Shown here: positions 17,089 through 26,369 of the stretch, piece by piece
Numbering within the stretch: position 1 is the first letter of the stretch
Layout of the letters: every line of letters begins with the position of its first letter
Source: Thermodesulfobacteriota bacterium
Lineage (GTDB): Bacteria; Desulfobacterota; Desulfobulbia; Desulfobulbales; SURF-16
Assembly: GCA_034723545.1 (NCBI GenBank)
Contig: JAYEPA010000110.1
Location: forward strand, 1,242 to 65,241
Reading direction: 5' to 3'
Length of the DNA stretch: 64,000 nucleotides
Position numbers and translations under genes: made by a program
The notes under the pieces: model-generated
Database searches by the model: none
The model's input: the letters and a program-made list of their open reading frames with translations, nothing else
Told to the model about the DNA's origin: nothing

Positions 17089-18909
17089 ATGTCCTATCTT
17101 GTCCTTGCCAGAAAATGGCGACCTCAGCATTTTAATGAAGTGATCGGCCAGCAACCGGTTGTCCGCACGCTGCAAAACGGCTTGAAGCGGAACCGGGTGC
17201 CCCACGCCATGCTGTTCAGCGGTGTAAGAGGGGTTGGAAAGACCACTCTTGCCCGGATCATGGCCAAGGCTTTGAACTGCCGGAGTGAGAAAGAAGACCG
17301 GCCCTGCAATCAATGTGATTCATGCCTGGAAATCACAAAGGGTTCTTCCGTAGATCTCCATGAAATCGACGGCGCTTCAAACCGCGGTATCCAGGAGATC
17401 CGTGAACTTAAGGAAAATATACGTTTTTTCCCAACCAGGTGTCGCTATAAAATTATCATTATTGATGAAGTCCACATGCTCACAACCGAGGCCTTTAATG
17501 CTTTGCTCAAGACCTTGGAAGAACCGCCCAAACATGTTTTTTTCATGTTTGCCACGACTGAGCTGCATAAAATCCCCATCACCATTCTTTCCCGATGTCA
17601 ACGTTACGAGTTGAAGAGAATCCCGTTTGCCGAGCTTCACGCTTTTTTCAAAAAAGTTGCTGAAAAGGAGGGTGTGGCTGTTTCCGCCAAGGCCTTATCC
17701 GTCATTACGCGTGAAGCGGACGGCAGCGTTAGGGATGGATTGAGTCTGCTGGATCAGATGTTTTCCTTTGGCGGTGACCAGGTGAGAGATGAGGACGTAA
17801 CCGAGGTCCTTGGTCTTGTTGATCATACGGTTTTTGAAAAACTGGCTGCAAGTCTGCTAAGCGGCGATCTGGCCCAGGGTCTTGAGTTGCTTGACCGGAC
17901 CTATCGAGCCGGCATTGACATAAAGAGGTTTGCCAGCGATCTCTTAAGTTTTTTCAGGACTGTCCTGATCTGTAAGACAAGCCCCCATCCCGGTGAGCTG
18001 CTTGATATCTCGGATATGGAGCTTCAGGCGGCGGAAAAAATCGCGGCCGGTCAGAGCGCGGAAACACTGTATCAGTATTTTCATCTTCTCCTTCAAGGGA
18101 TTGAGAAGATGCATTATTCCCCGCGTCCCAGGATGATTCTTGAAATGGCCCTGATCAAGGCAGCTCAGTCCGGTCAGGTTGTTCCTGCCTCAGTCCTGCT
18201 TGAACGCTTTGATGATTGCTTTCGTCAGTCACTTTCTTTACCCATACAGCAGGTTGCTCAAACAGAACCTGTTGTCGTTGAAACGAATCAGCCAGGGGAT
18301 ATCAAAGAGAAAGATGGCTTAGATTCACGGGAACCGTCCGCAGTTAAAGAGAAAGTGAGTGAGAAGCAAATTCTTTTCCCAAAACCGGCGAAGATAGAAA
18401 AGGATGAGAACAGGGCATCTTCTCCCAAAGCAGAGAAAGAAAAGTCAGCCTCAGGGGACGAGGAAAAGACAGAAATAACTCAACCCGAACCCTCCGGAGC
18501 AAAATCGCTTGCCCCTGCCACGCATCAGAAGGATGTCCGGAAAAACTGGAATGATTTCGCCGCCTATGTCAAGGAGCGAAAACCGTGGATGTCCCATGTT
18601 TTGCAGCTGTGTGACCGGGTCGAGGAGCATGATAACGCCCTGATTATGATATTTTCACAGCCGACGGACTCTAAGATCCTCGAGCAGAGTGAAAACATGA
18701 AATTGTTGACCCGCTATGTCCAGGATTTTTTTCAAAAGGAGTTGAAGCCGAGGCTGCGGGTACGGGGGGGAGAGGATGCTTCCGGAAACAGTGACGACAG
18801 TGTCCGTGAAGAACGACGCGCTCTGGCTAATGATCCCCTTGTCCGCATGGCAACGGAGGTCTTTGGCGGCCGGGTGGCTAGTGTACGAACGGGCCCGAAA
18901 TTCAGATAA
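17089..18909 (+). CDS. dnaX: DNA polymerase III subunit gamma/tau
   Basis: HAMLFSGVRGVGKTTLARI (Walker A), IIIIDEVHMLT, SRCQRYELKR. Low-complexity K/E-rich linker before the C-terminal domain. Confidence 0.9.
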   Translation: MSYLVLARKWRPQHFNEVIGQQPVVRTLQNGLKRNRVPHAMLFSGVRGVGKTTLARIMAKALNCRSEKEDRPCNQCDSCLEITKGSSVDLHEIDGASNRGIQEIRELKENIRFFPTRCRYKIIIIDEVHMLTTEAFNALLKTLEEPPKHVFFMFATTELHKIPITILSRCQRYELKRIPFAELHAFFKKVAEKEGVAVSAKALSVITREADGSVRDGLSLLDQMFSFGGDQVRDEDVTEVLGLVDHTVFEKLAASLLSGDLAQGLELLDRTYRAGIDIKRFASDLLSFFRTVLICKTSPHPGELLDISDMELQAAEKIAAGQSAETLYQYFHLLLQGIEKMHYSPRPRMILEMALIKAAQSGQVVPASVLLERFDDCFRQSLSLPIQQVAQTEPVVVETNQPGDIKEKDGLDSREPSAVKEKVSEKQILFPKPAKIEKDENRASSPKAEKEKSASGDEEKTEITQPEPSGAKSLAPATHQKDVRKNWNDFAAYVKERKPWMSHVLQLCDRVEEHDNALIMIFSQPTDSKILEQSENMKLLTRYVQDFFQKELKPRLRVRGGEDASGNSDDSVREERRALANDPLVRMATEVFGGRVASVRTGPKFR

Positions 18910-19071
18910 AGGAACCAACATCCTCACTCCGGTTGTCTCGAAGTCTACGCTTATCGGCTGAATAATTATCAGATACAGTCATTTCGTTGTCCAAAATTTT
19001 ACACTTTCTCGGCTTCAATTTACGCTGTTAGAGATAGAGATAAATGCATCAATATAAGGAGAAAAATTGAA

Positions 19072-19389
19072 ATGAATATGGAAGATATTATGAAACAGGC
19101 CCAGCAGTTTCAGCAACGCATGGGCCAGGTTCAGGAAGAACTTGCCGCCCAGACCATCACCTCATCAGTGGGCGGAGGCATGGTGACAGCAACAGTGAAT
19201 GGGAAACATGAACTTTTGTCTCTAACTATTGAAAAAGAGGTCATTAATCCTGATGACCCAGCCATGCTTCAGGACCTGGTTGTGGCGGCTGTCAACGATG
19301 CCATGAGCAAGGCCGGGGAAATGGCCCAGTCCGAAATGGGTAAGTTGACCGGCGGTTTGAATATCCCCGGTCTTTCCGGCCTGTCATGA
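19072..19389 (+). CDS. ybaB: Nucleoid-associated protein YbaB/EbfC
   Basis: 105 aa, MKQAQQFQQRMGQVQEELA...GGGMVTATVNGKHELLSLTIEKEVI. AAGGAG upstream. Confidence 0.9.
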   Translation: MNMEDIMKQAQQFQQRMGQVQEELAAQTITSSVGGGMVTATVNGKHELLSLTIEKEVINPDDPAMLQDLVVAAVNDAMSKAGEMAQSEMGKLTGGLNIPGLSGLS

Positions 19390-19988
19390 ATGTTGTCCCG
19401 CCACCTCTTGAACGGCTCATTGCCGACCTGAACCGTTTGCCGGGCATCGGTAAAAAAACCGCCACCAGGCTGGCCCTGTATATGCTCAGGAGGCCCGCAG
19501 TCGAGGCTCGGAATCTGGCCAGGGATCTTGCCGAACTGCATGACTCGATCAAACTCTGTTCCAACTGTTTTGCCTTTTCAGAGACAGATCCCTGTGTTAT
19601 CTGCGCCGATCCCCGCCGGGACAGCAGAATGATCTGCGTGGTGGAAGAACCGGCGGATATGATGGCCATTGAAAAGACCGGCGCTTTCAAGGGAATGTAT
19701 CACATCCTGCACGGTGTCCTTTCCCCCATGGACGGCATCGGTCCTGCCGAAATCAAGGTAGAGGCCCTGCTTGCCAGGATCGGCCGCCAGAAAACCTCCG
19801 AGGTGCTGATTGCCACAAGCTCCACGGTTCCTGGAGAAGCCACTGCCGCCTATCTGATTCAGCGTCTCCAGGAAAAGCCGGTGAAGCTCACCAGGCTGGC
19901 CTGCGGCATTCCCATGGGCATGGATATCAAATACGCTGATGATCTGACTTTGAGCCGGGCTATTGAATCCCGGGAAAAAGCTGAATGA
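19386..19988 (+). CDS. recR: Recombination protein RecR
   Basis: HhH LNRLPGIGKKTATRLALYML, zinc finger CSNCFAFSETDPCVIC, Toprim ICVVEEPADMMAIE. ATGA overlap with ybaB. Confidence 0.95.
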   Translation: MNVVPPPLERLIADLNRLPGIGKKTATRLALYMLRRPAVEARNLARDLAELHDSIKLCSNCFAFSETDPCVICADPRRDSRMICVVEEPADMMAIEKTGAFKGMYHILHGVLSPMDGIGPAEIKVEALLARIGRQKTSEVLIATSSTVPGEATAAYLIQRLQEKPVKLTRLACGIPMGMDIKYADDLTLSRAIESREKAE

Positions 19989-20105
19989 AAAATATTTTCT
20001 GAAAACAAGCTGTTCCCACCTATATTTTCTATCACCACGGGGAAAACATCCACGTTCTGACCAGCTCTCTCTGCAAATTCACTAATCTCCGTGCTGTCTT
20101 ATTAT

Positions 20106-20897
20106 CTAATCGCTTTTCAGGCGGTCAAGACGTAATCGATGACGCTCGTCAAAGAGATGTTTCGAGGTGAGAAAAACAGAGGCCATGACGCCGAATCCGG
20201 TGCCGGCGGCAATAAGAAACATGATCATGATCTGATATTTCACCGCCTCATAGGGCGGGCTGCCGGCCAGGATTTGACCGGTCATCATTCCTGGCAGGCT
20301 GACAATGCCGCAGGTGGCCATGGAATTGATAATCGGGATCATACCGGTGCGGATGGAATCGATACGGATATCACCAATAGCCTGGCCGCGATCCTGGCCA
20401 AGGAGAAGGCGTTGTTCAATGATTGCCTTCTGCTGCCAGGCAGTCTGGGTCAGCTGGTTCATGCCCAGGGAGACGCCGTTCATGGTGTTGCCCAGCAGCA
20501 TGCCCAACAGCGGGATGGCATATTGCGGCGTATACCATGGTGTGACCGACACCACCGCAGTCAGGGCAAAGAAGGTGACGGCAAAGGATGAGATGAACAT
20601 GGAGCTTGTGCCGATCCCGTACCCCCACAATCCCTTTAAGCGCCTCTTCTGCCGGGACTGCACGGCACGACCGGCAACGGTCAGCATGACAAAGGCCATG
20701 AGCATGATCCAGCCTAGCTGGCTGGTTCTGAACAGCTCGCGCAGTACCATTCCCACCAGCAGGAGCTGGATTACGGTCCGGCTCGCTGAGATCAGGAGCT
20801 GATTGTGCAGCCCGAGGCGCATTTTAAAGCTGATTCCGGCCAGGGCAAGAACGAGTAGGGAGGCTGCGCCGAGATCAAGGTAGGAAAGAGTGATCAT
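20106..20897 (-). CDS. fetB: FetB/YbbM-family ABC permease (putative iron export)
   Basis: 263-aa polytopic membrane protein with a YbbM/UPF0014-like N-terminus (ASRTVIQLLLVGMVLRELF). Overlaps the upstream ATPase gene by 4 nt. Confidence 0.75.
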   Translation of the reverse strand: MITLSYLDLGAASLLVLALAGISFKMRLGLHNQLLISASRTVIQLLLVGMVLRELFRTSQLGWIMLMAFVMLTVAGRAVQSRQKRRLKGLWGYGIGTSSMFISSFAVTFFALTAVVSVTPWYTPQYAIPLLGMLLGNTMNGVSLGMNQLTQTAWQQKAIIEQRLLLGQDRGQAIGDIRIDSIRTGMIPIINSMATCGIVSLPGMMTGQILAGSPPYEAVKYQIMIMFLIAAGTGFGVMASVFLTSKHLFDERHRLRLDRLKSD

Positions 20898-21523
20898 CGT
20901 GAGCTCCTGTCGTGATCTTCTTCAATGATTAGATCACCTTTAATGCGGTAACGCCTGGAAGCGATACGTTTCTCCTGCTCCGGGTCATGGCTGACCCAGA
21001 TCGTCGGGGCGCTGTTTTCTTTTCTGTACACTGTTAAAAGGTCTTCCACCTTTTCGATGTTTCTTTTGTCAAGGCTGGCCGTGGGTTCGTCAAGGAGTAA
21101 TGCTTTGGGCCGATTTGCCAGCAACCTGACAATCGCCAGCCGCTGCTTTTCCCCGGTTGACAGCCGATTAACCTGCCAGTTCATGACCTCAGGATTAAAG
21201 TCAAGTTGCGCCAGCCAGCCATTGACATCCTTTGAATTTTCTAAAAGTCCAAAATGGTCGCCCACCGTATCAAACCACCAGCAGCTTTCGGCCATGAGCA
21301 ACCCCACCTGTTTGCGCCACTGGGGAGCGCTGAACTCATGACATTCCTTCTGATCAAGGTAAATTCGGCCCTGGTATTCATCAAGATCGGCCAGGGCCCG
21401 CAACAGTAGAGATTTTCCGGATCCGGACGGACCGGAAAGGCTGATGCATTCTCCGTCGTTAATGAAAAAATCAACCGGCGGACGGCCCATATAACTTAAT
21501 GATTCTATGCGTAGCTGGCTCAT
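20894..21523 (-). CDS. fetA: FetA/YbbL-family ABC ATP-binding protein
   Basis: SLSGPSGSGKS, LSTGEKQRLAIVRLL, LLLDEPTASLD. Start taken at MSQLRIESL (21523). The longer ORF-track N-terminus is not protein-like. Confidence 0.8.
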   Translation of the reverse strand: MSQLRIESLSYMGRPPVDFFINDGECISLSGPSGSGKSLLLRALADLDEYQGRIYLDQKECHEFSAPQWRKQVGLLMAESCWWFDTVGDHFGLLENSKDVNGWLAQLDFNPEVMNWQVNRLSTGEKQRLAIVRLLANRPKALLLDEPTASLDKRNIEKVEDLLTVYRKENSAPTIWVSHDPEQEKRIASRRYRIKGDLIIEEDHDRSSR

Positions 21524-21568
21524 GAGGTTATGTTTGATGTTTGGCAGAGAAAAAAAGAATAAAAACTG

Positions 21569-21680
21569 GTAGCTGTTCAGGTTGATAGGCTGTTGGCATT
21601 TAGACTGAAGAAGAAAGGTATAAACCAACTTCGAATACTAATAGCCTTTAGCCTACAGCCTAAACAACCTGAATAGTTAC
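21569..21680. repeat. Hairpin repeat with GTAGCTGTTCAGG / CCTGAATAGTTAC ends
   Basis: Arms CAGGTTGATAGGCTGTTGGC and GCCTACAGCCTAAACAACCTG are inverted. It ends 1 nt from the stop of the DEAD-box gene. No TSD seen. Confidence 0.5.
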
Positions 21681-21681
21681 A

Positions 21682-23166
21682 TCATTTCTTCCGGTAATTT
21701 GTCCTTTTATATCTGGGTTTGCGCGGACTTTGTTTTTTTTTGCTGACCGATTCAGGCAGGGTCAGCCATTCCTCCGGCGGTTCCGTGCAGGGGAGTTTCT
21801 GGGACATATATTCTTCGATGTCCGGAATGTAAAAGGAGCCCTCTTCACAGGCAAAGCTGATTGAGGTGCCTTTTTTACCGGCCCGTCCGGTTCTGCCGAT
21901 GCGATGAACATAATCTTCCGGATCATAGGGAAGGGTAAAGTTGATCACATGGCTGACATTATCGATATGGATTCCGCGCCCGGCTACATCGGTTGCCACC
22001 AGTACCCTGGTTCTACCGGCTTTGAAATCCTCCAGAGTTTTGATTCTTTTTTTCTGGGGCACCTCGCCGGACAGCATGGCACAGCTGATATTGTTATGCT
22101 TGAGCAGTTCCGTCAGTCTGCGGGTTTCGTCCCGACGATTGGCAAAAACCATCACCCGTTCAAGTTTTTGTTGCGTAATGATGTTGTAAAGCAGGGCGTA
22201 TTTGGCATCAGCTGTGACAAGATAAACAATCTGCTCCACCGTATCCACGGCAACGGTTTCCGGTTCGATTTCCACGAGCACGGGGTCTGTCGTCCATTGG
22301 GCCGCCAGATCGTTGACATCCGGGGTCAAGGTGGCGCTGAAGAGCATGGTCTGACGCTTCTGCTTGGCCGGCATATGATGGATGATCTGCCTGACATCAG
22401 GGATAAATCCCATGTCCAGCATTCTGTCTGCTTCATCAATCACGAAGATCTCGACATGACCGAGATTGATGACTCGACGGCGTTGAAAATCAAGCAGCCT
22501 GCCTGGAGTCGCCACCACAATGTCAACGAAATCTTCCAACTGGTCCTGTTGCTTCTGGTAATCCATGCCCCCGTAAACAGCGACGATGTTCAAGCCGGTA
22601 TATTTGGCCAGCAGATGGCCGTCTTCGGCAATCTGCATGACAAGTTCCCTGGTGGGGGCAATGATTAAAGCTCGGGGACAACCGTTTTTTGAATCTTCAG
22701 GAGGTTTATTTTTGAGAAAACGGGCCAGAAGGGTGATGAGAAAAGCCGCTGATTTTCCGGTCCCGGTCTGAGCCCGTCCCAAAGCGTCCTGCCCGGCCAG
22801 TGTTTTATCAAGAACCTCTGCCTGGATCGGGGTGCAATATCGAAAGGAAAGATCGGCAATGCCATGCATGATCTGAGCCTGAATATCAAAATCATGAAAT
22901 CGTTTTCTGCCTTCCTGGGGTTCGACCTCAAAATCACCAAGAGTCCAGGAACCATGGTCAACAGACCGATCAAATTTCTTTTTTTGTACTTGTGTTTTAG
23001 CAGCCGGTTTGGTTTTCGGTTTCCTCTTCCTGGGTTTAGGGCGGGAACGGCTGGTTTTGACTTTCATGACAGGCAGGCCGAAGATCGGGCCAATCACTGT
23101 CGATGCATCATTTTTATTGTTTTCCACTGAATTTGAAACTGGTTTTGATGCAGGTTTTTTTTTCAT
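21682..23166 (-). CDS. DEAD-box ATP-dependent RNA helicase with basic N- and C-terminal tails
   Basis: [37 protein letters not shown]. Lys/Arg/Pro-rich N-terminus. Confidence 0.9.
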   Translation of the reverse strand: MKKKPASKPVSNSVENNKNDASTVIGPIFGLPVMKVKTSRSRPKPRKRKPKTKPAAKTQVQKKKFDRSVDHGSWTLGDFEVEPQEGRKRFHDFDIQAQIMHGIADLSFRYCTPIQAEVLDKTLAGQDALGRAQTGTGKSAAFLITLLARFLKNKPPEDSKNGCPRALIIAPTRELVMQIAEDGHLLAKYTGLNIVAVYGGMDYQKQQDQLEDFVDIVVATPGRLLDFQRRRVINLGHVEIFVIDEADRMLDMGFIPDVRQIIHHMPAKQKRQTMLFSATLTPDVNDLAAQWTTDPVLVEIEPETVAVDTVEQIVYLVTADAKYALLYNIITQQKLERVMVFANRRDETRRLTELLKHNNISCAMLSGEVPQKKRIKTLEDFKAGRTRVLVATDVAGRGIHIDNVSHVINFTLPYDPEDYVHRIGRTGRAGKKGTSISFACEEGSFYIPDIEEYMSQKLPCTEPPEEWLTLPESVSKKKQSPRKPRYKRTNYRKK

Positions 23167-23171
23167 ATGAT

Positions 23172-23262
23172 GTAAGAAGAAGATTCGGTGCCTGTGATCG
23201 TTTACAGAATAAGGAGTTGCTCAAAAAAATGGCTATTTTAGCCGTGATTGGTTGCGCCGTTT
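23172..23262. repeat. Partial copy of the 9016-9180 repeat (one arm plus flanking module)
   Basis: AAGATTCGGTGCCTGTGATCGTTTACAGAATAAGGAGTTGCTC...CCGTGATTGGTT matches the right arm and flank at 9095-9175. Confidence 0.45.
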
Positions 23263-23318
23263 GTGGCTCTCCTGAAAAAGATTCTATAAACTTTGTGAGG
23301 GAAGACATGGGGTGAAAT

Positions 23319-23394
23319 GGAGCCACCTACCAGAGTCGAACTGGTGGCCTTTCGATTACGAATCGAATGCTCTACCAACTGAGCTAAGGTGGCT
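23319..23394 (-). tRNA. tRNA-Thr (anticodon CGT)
   Basis: The reverse complement reads GCCACCTTAGCTCAGTTGGTAGAGCATTCGATTCGTAATCGAAAGGCCACCAGTTCGACTCTGGTAGGTGGCTCCA. It folds as a cloverleaf, and CCA is encoded. Confidence 0.9.
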
Positions 23395-23476
23395 CACTGC
23401 CTTAACCGGTTTAAAACAGATTGAAGTTAGGTATCAATTTTTTATCCGGCTGTCAAGAAAACTCAATAAGAGTTCA

Positions 23477-24481
23477 TCAACGTAGCCATTGACCAATTTC
23501 ATCCTGGTAGGAACCGGTTTTGATTTCAAAAGCTTTGTTCAGGCCTTCAATGTTGACCACGACCGCAGTCAGCGCACCCCCTGTTTTTTTGCCATAGCGC
23601 ACCACAAGTTGAGCCGCAAGTTTTTGATCCTCGGGATGATGTCCATAGCGCAGCAGTCCGGTGGGGCCGGGCCTGTCTTTCATGTTGAGCAGATAATCAC
23701 CGCTCTGCCGCAGGGCAGTGATTCTGCTGTTTTCCTGCTGCTTTCGGCCCAATGCCAGCCAGCCTCCATGGGGAAGAAGGAATTGCCGGCCGACAAGAAG
23801 AAATCGGATATCCTCCGGACTGATCTCCCTGGCTGATTTAAAAAACTTTTGCAGTCTTTTACTTAGCACCGGATCAGCCAGTACACAGCCGCCGGCCGGA
23901 TTGGGATAATCACGGATACCAAGCTTTTCCGCAAGGCGGATCTGGCCGCTTCTGCCCCGGCCGCTGAAATCGGGGAGCTGATCTCGATCGACAACTCCGT
24001 TAAGCTCGACCTGGGTGGGTTTCTGGGACCTGGCACATAAGGGGCGAAGCAGAATCAGGTCCGTGTCGCTGTCTCGTTCTATGACCCGCAGGGTATCCTT
24101 ACGCTGGGACATGGGCCGTTGACCAATAACCTCTCCACTGATAATGAATGCGGCATTGAAATCAGCCATCATTTTTTTGATCTCGGAGACCATCAGAATT
24201 TTGCAGTCAATGCAGGGGTTGAAATACTTACCGTAACCGTGGGACGGTTTTTTTAACATATCCAGATAGGGCAGGGTGATGTCCCTGATCAAGACATCAA
24301 TGTTGTATTTTTTTTTGATATAAGACCGATACTCATCTTCCTGCTGAAGGAGATCATCATGAAAAAAAGGGGTAACAAACTGAACAGCCTGAACGTGGAC
24401 ATTCTGCTCCTGGATGACCCGACAGGCCAGGATGGAATCAAGCCCACCGGAAAAAAGGGCCAGCGCGGTTATCTCAGCCAT
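23477..24481 (-). CDS. PP-loop ATPase (ThiI/MnmA-like adenine-nucleotide alpha-hydrolase family)
   Basis: ALFSGGLDS PP-loop and NPCIDCK. Start taken at MAEITALALF (24481). The ORF-track extension to 24778 overlaps recN and is not protein-like. Confidence 0.7.
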   Translation of the reverse strand: MAEITALALFSGGLDSILACRVIQEQNVHVQAVQFVTPFFHDDLLQQEDEYRSYIKKKYNIDVLIRDITLPYLDMLKKPSHGYGKYFNPCIDCKILMVSEIKKMMADFNAAFIISGEVIGQRPMSQRKDTLRVIERDSDTDLILLRPLCARSQKPTQVELNGVVDRDQLPDFSGRGRSGQIRLAEKLGIRDYPNPAGGCVLADPVLSKRLQKFFKSAREISPEDIRFLLVGRQFLLPHGGWLALGRKQQENSRITALRQSGDYLLNMKDRPGPTGLLRYGHHPEDQKLAAQLVVRYGKKTGGALTAVVVNIEGLNKAFEIKTGSYQDEIGQWLR

Positions 24482-26153
24482 TATTTCGATGTCTCCGCAA
24501 AAGTTCTCCGGCATAGGCCAGGGTTTTTTCGGTGACGGAATCACCGTCAAGCATACGGCCGAGTTCATGCACCTGCTCGTCCGGCTGCAGACGTGAGATA
24601 GTTGACCTGGTCCGTTGGTCATGGACTGATTTGGCGACCAGGAAATGCTCCTCGGCATATGAAGCGATCTGGGGGAGATGGGTGATGCAGAGAACCTGGT
24701 GATGGGCGGCAAGTTCTTTGATTTTTTTGGCCACGGCCTCGGCTGCCTTGCCGCTGATTCCCGCGTCAATTTCATCAAATATCACGGATTCCACCTGGTC
24801 TTTACTGGCCAGAAGGCATTTCAGGGCCAGCATGAGGCGGGAAAGTTCGCCGCCTGATGCCACCTTGGCCACGGGTTTTGGCGGTTCACCCGGATTTGCC
24901 GAAAAAAGAAACTCGGGCCGGTCTATTCCTTTCCGGGTCATGCGTGCGAGTTTGTCTTTTCCCGGTTCATGGAAGAAAATTTCAAAGACCGCCTGGTCCA
25001 GGGCCAGAAAGTGAAGCTCATTGATAATTTTTTTTGTGATCTCCCGGCCATGTTTTTTTCTCTGCTCTGAAAGTTCCGCAGCCTTTAGCAGTAGTTGTTG
25101 TTCGCTTTCAGCAAGCTCCGTGGCCAACCGGTCGAGATTATGCTCAAGTGCGTCAAGTTCGGCCAATTCCTCTTTAGCCTTTTTGCCATATCGGATGACG
25201 TTATCAAGATGTGGACCGTATTTTCGTTTCAACTGCTGGAGAAGATCAATCCTGGCACAGATCTCATCAAGCCGAGCCGGATTATTGGGGATGGAGTCCA
25301 GATAATCACGCAGGCCTGCGAGTTGATCCTCAAGCTGGTAGCAGTAACCAGCCACATCTTCACTTAAATCCGCGATGGACTGATCCAGGGCAGCCATCTG
25401 ATCCATGTTTTTTCTGAGCAGGGATAAATTATTCCCTGCAGCATCCTGCAGCAGGGAGTAACTTTTACGGCCGAGCCGATTCAACTCATCACTGCTTTTC
25501 AGTCGATCTTTTTCTTCTACTAATTTTAAATCCTCGCCCGGAGTCAGTTTTGCCTGGCTGATCTCCTGACACTGAAAATTGAGAAAATCCCGGCGTTGCT
25601 CCTTATCCATCTCCTGTGTACGCAGCTCCTCGAATTTTTTCTTTTTCACCTGCCAGTCGTCATAGAGATCCGTAAACTGTTCACGCCGGTTTTTGAGTTC
25701 CGCCACCGAATCGAGGAAATCAAGCTGAAAACCGGGAACAAGGAGCTGTTGATGGTCATGCTGGCTGGCAACGTTAAGAAGATTTTCGCAGAGCTCACTG
25801 ATCAGTCTGGCTGTTGACAGGCTGCCGTTCAGGTAAAAACGGCTCCTGCCCTTAGCAGACAGAATACGTTTAATGATGATTTCACCATCACTGTCAAAAC
25901 CTTTTTCCCGAAGCAGGTTGAGAAGTTGTGAGTGGCTTGGGCCGATTTCAAAAAGAGCCTCAATTATTGCCTGCTCTGCTCCACTGCGAACCCAGGTCGC
26001 TGAGGCCTTTCCGCCTGAGAGCAGGTGAATTGCCTGGAGAACAATGGATTTTCCGGCACCGGTTTCACCGGTAAGGACAATCAACCCTTCACTGAAATCG
26101 AGATGAAGCTCCTCGATCAGGGCCAGATTGGATATTTTTAATTCTCTGAGCAT
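24474..26153 (-). CDS. recN: DNA repair protein RecN
   Basis: LTGETGAGKSI, long coiled-coil middle region, ASGGELSRLMLALK, VIFDEIDAGISG. Confidence 0.95.
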   Translation of the reverse strand: MLRELKISNLALIEELHLDFSEGLIVLTGETGAGKSIVLQAIHLLSGGKASATWVRSGAEQAIIEALFEIGPSHSQLLNLLREKGFDSDGEIIIKRILSAKGRSRFYLNGSLSTARLISELCENLLNVASQHDHQQLLVPGFQLDFLDSVAELKNRREQFTDLYDDWQVKKKKFEELRTQEMDKEQRRDFLNFQCQEISQAKLTPGEDLKLVEEKDRLKSSDELNRLGRKSYSLLQDAAGNNLSLLRKNMDQMAALDQSIADLSEDVAGYCYQLEDQLAGLRDYLDSIPNNPARLDEICARIDLLQQLKRKYGPHLDNVIRYGKKAKEELAELDALEHNLDRLATELAESEQQLLLKAAELSEQRKKHGREITKKIINELHFLALDQAVFEIFFHEPGKDKLARMTRKGIDRPEFLFSANPGEPPKPVAKVASGGELSRLMLALKCLLASKDQVESVIFDEIDAGISGKAAEAVAKKIKELAAHHQVLCITHLPQIASYAEEHFLVAKSVHDQRTRSTISRLQPDEQVHELGRMLDGDSVTEKTLAYAGELLRRHRNNG

Positions 26154-26232
26154 GGGAACTCTATACCGTATTTTTTCAGGAATGCAAGACGACAGAATAA
26201 ATAGAGAACAATTTTAAAAAAGTAATTGTCTG

Positions 26233-26241
26233 ATTATAACA
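26233..26241 (-). promoter_or_regulatory. Possible extended -10 element (TGTTATAAT) for recN
   Basis: The minus strand reads CTGTTATAATC about 80 nt upstream of the recN ATG. No convincing -35 element. Confidence 0.3.
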
Positions 26242-26261
26242 GTCTTATTAATTTTATTGGT

Positions 26262-26369
26262 TAAACTTGTTAAATTAGTTTTAGTGGTTAAACTGATTTG
26301 ACGAGTTTTGAACCAATTCAACCAATTCAACCAGTTTAACCAGCAAAACCAACCAGACCAGTTCAACCA
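26262..26369. repeat. Long imperfect palindrome built from AACCA(A/G)TT-type 7-8-mers
   Basis: The left arm ATTGGTTAAACTTGTTAAATTAGTTTTAGTGGTTAAACTGATTTGA aligns with the reverse complement of the right arm ...CAACCAATTCAACCAGTTTAACCAGCAAAACCAACCAGACCAGTTCAACCAAT. The palindrome abuts ATG 26370. Confidence 0.5.

Noticed and set aside
17650-17656. AAAAAAG heptamer in dnaX as a possible programmed -1 frameshift site (the gamma subunit in E. coli)
   Set aside because: The codon phase is AAA AAA G rather than the A AAA AAG phase needed for tandem slippage. It also lies at about codon 188, inside the ATPase module and far upstream of where gamma ends. No stem-loop or stop context was noted.
24482-24778. 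99-codon N-terminal extension of the PP-loop ORF in the ORF track
   Set aside because: It lies entirely inside recN in another frame and has a Pro/Ser/Arg-rich non-protein-like sequence. The conserved PP-loop N-terminus begins at MAEITALALFSGGLDS (24481).
26154-26369. LexA/SOS box upstream of recN
   Set aside because: Repeated GGTT motifs are present, but none fits the GGTT-N2-C-N4-G-N3-ACC pattern I recall for Geobacter-type LexA or a CTGT-N8-ACAG box. The GGTT periodicity is explained by the AACCA-word palindrome.
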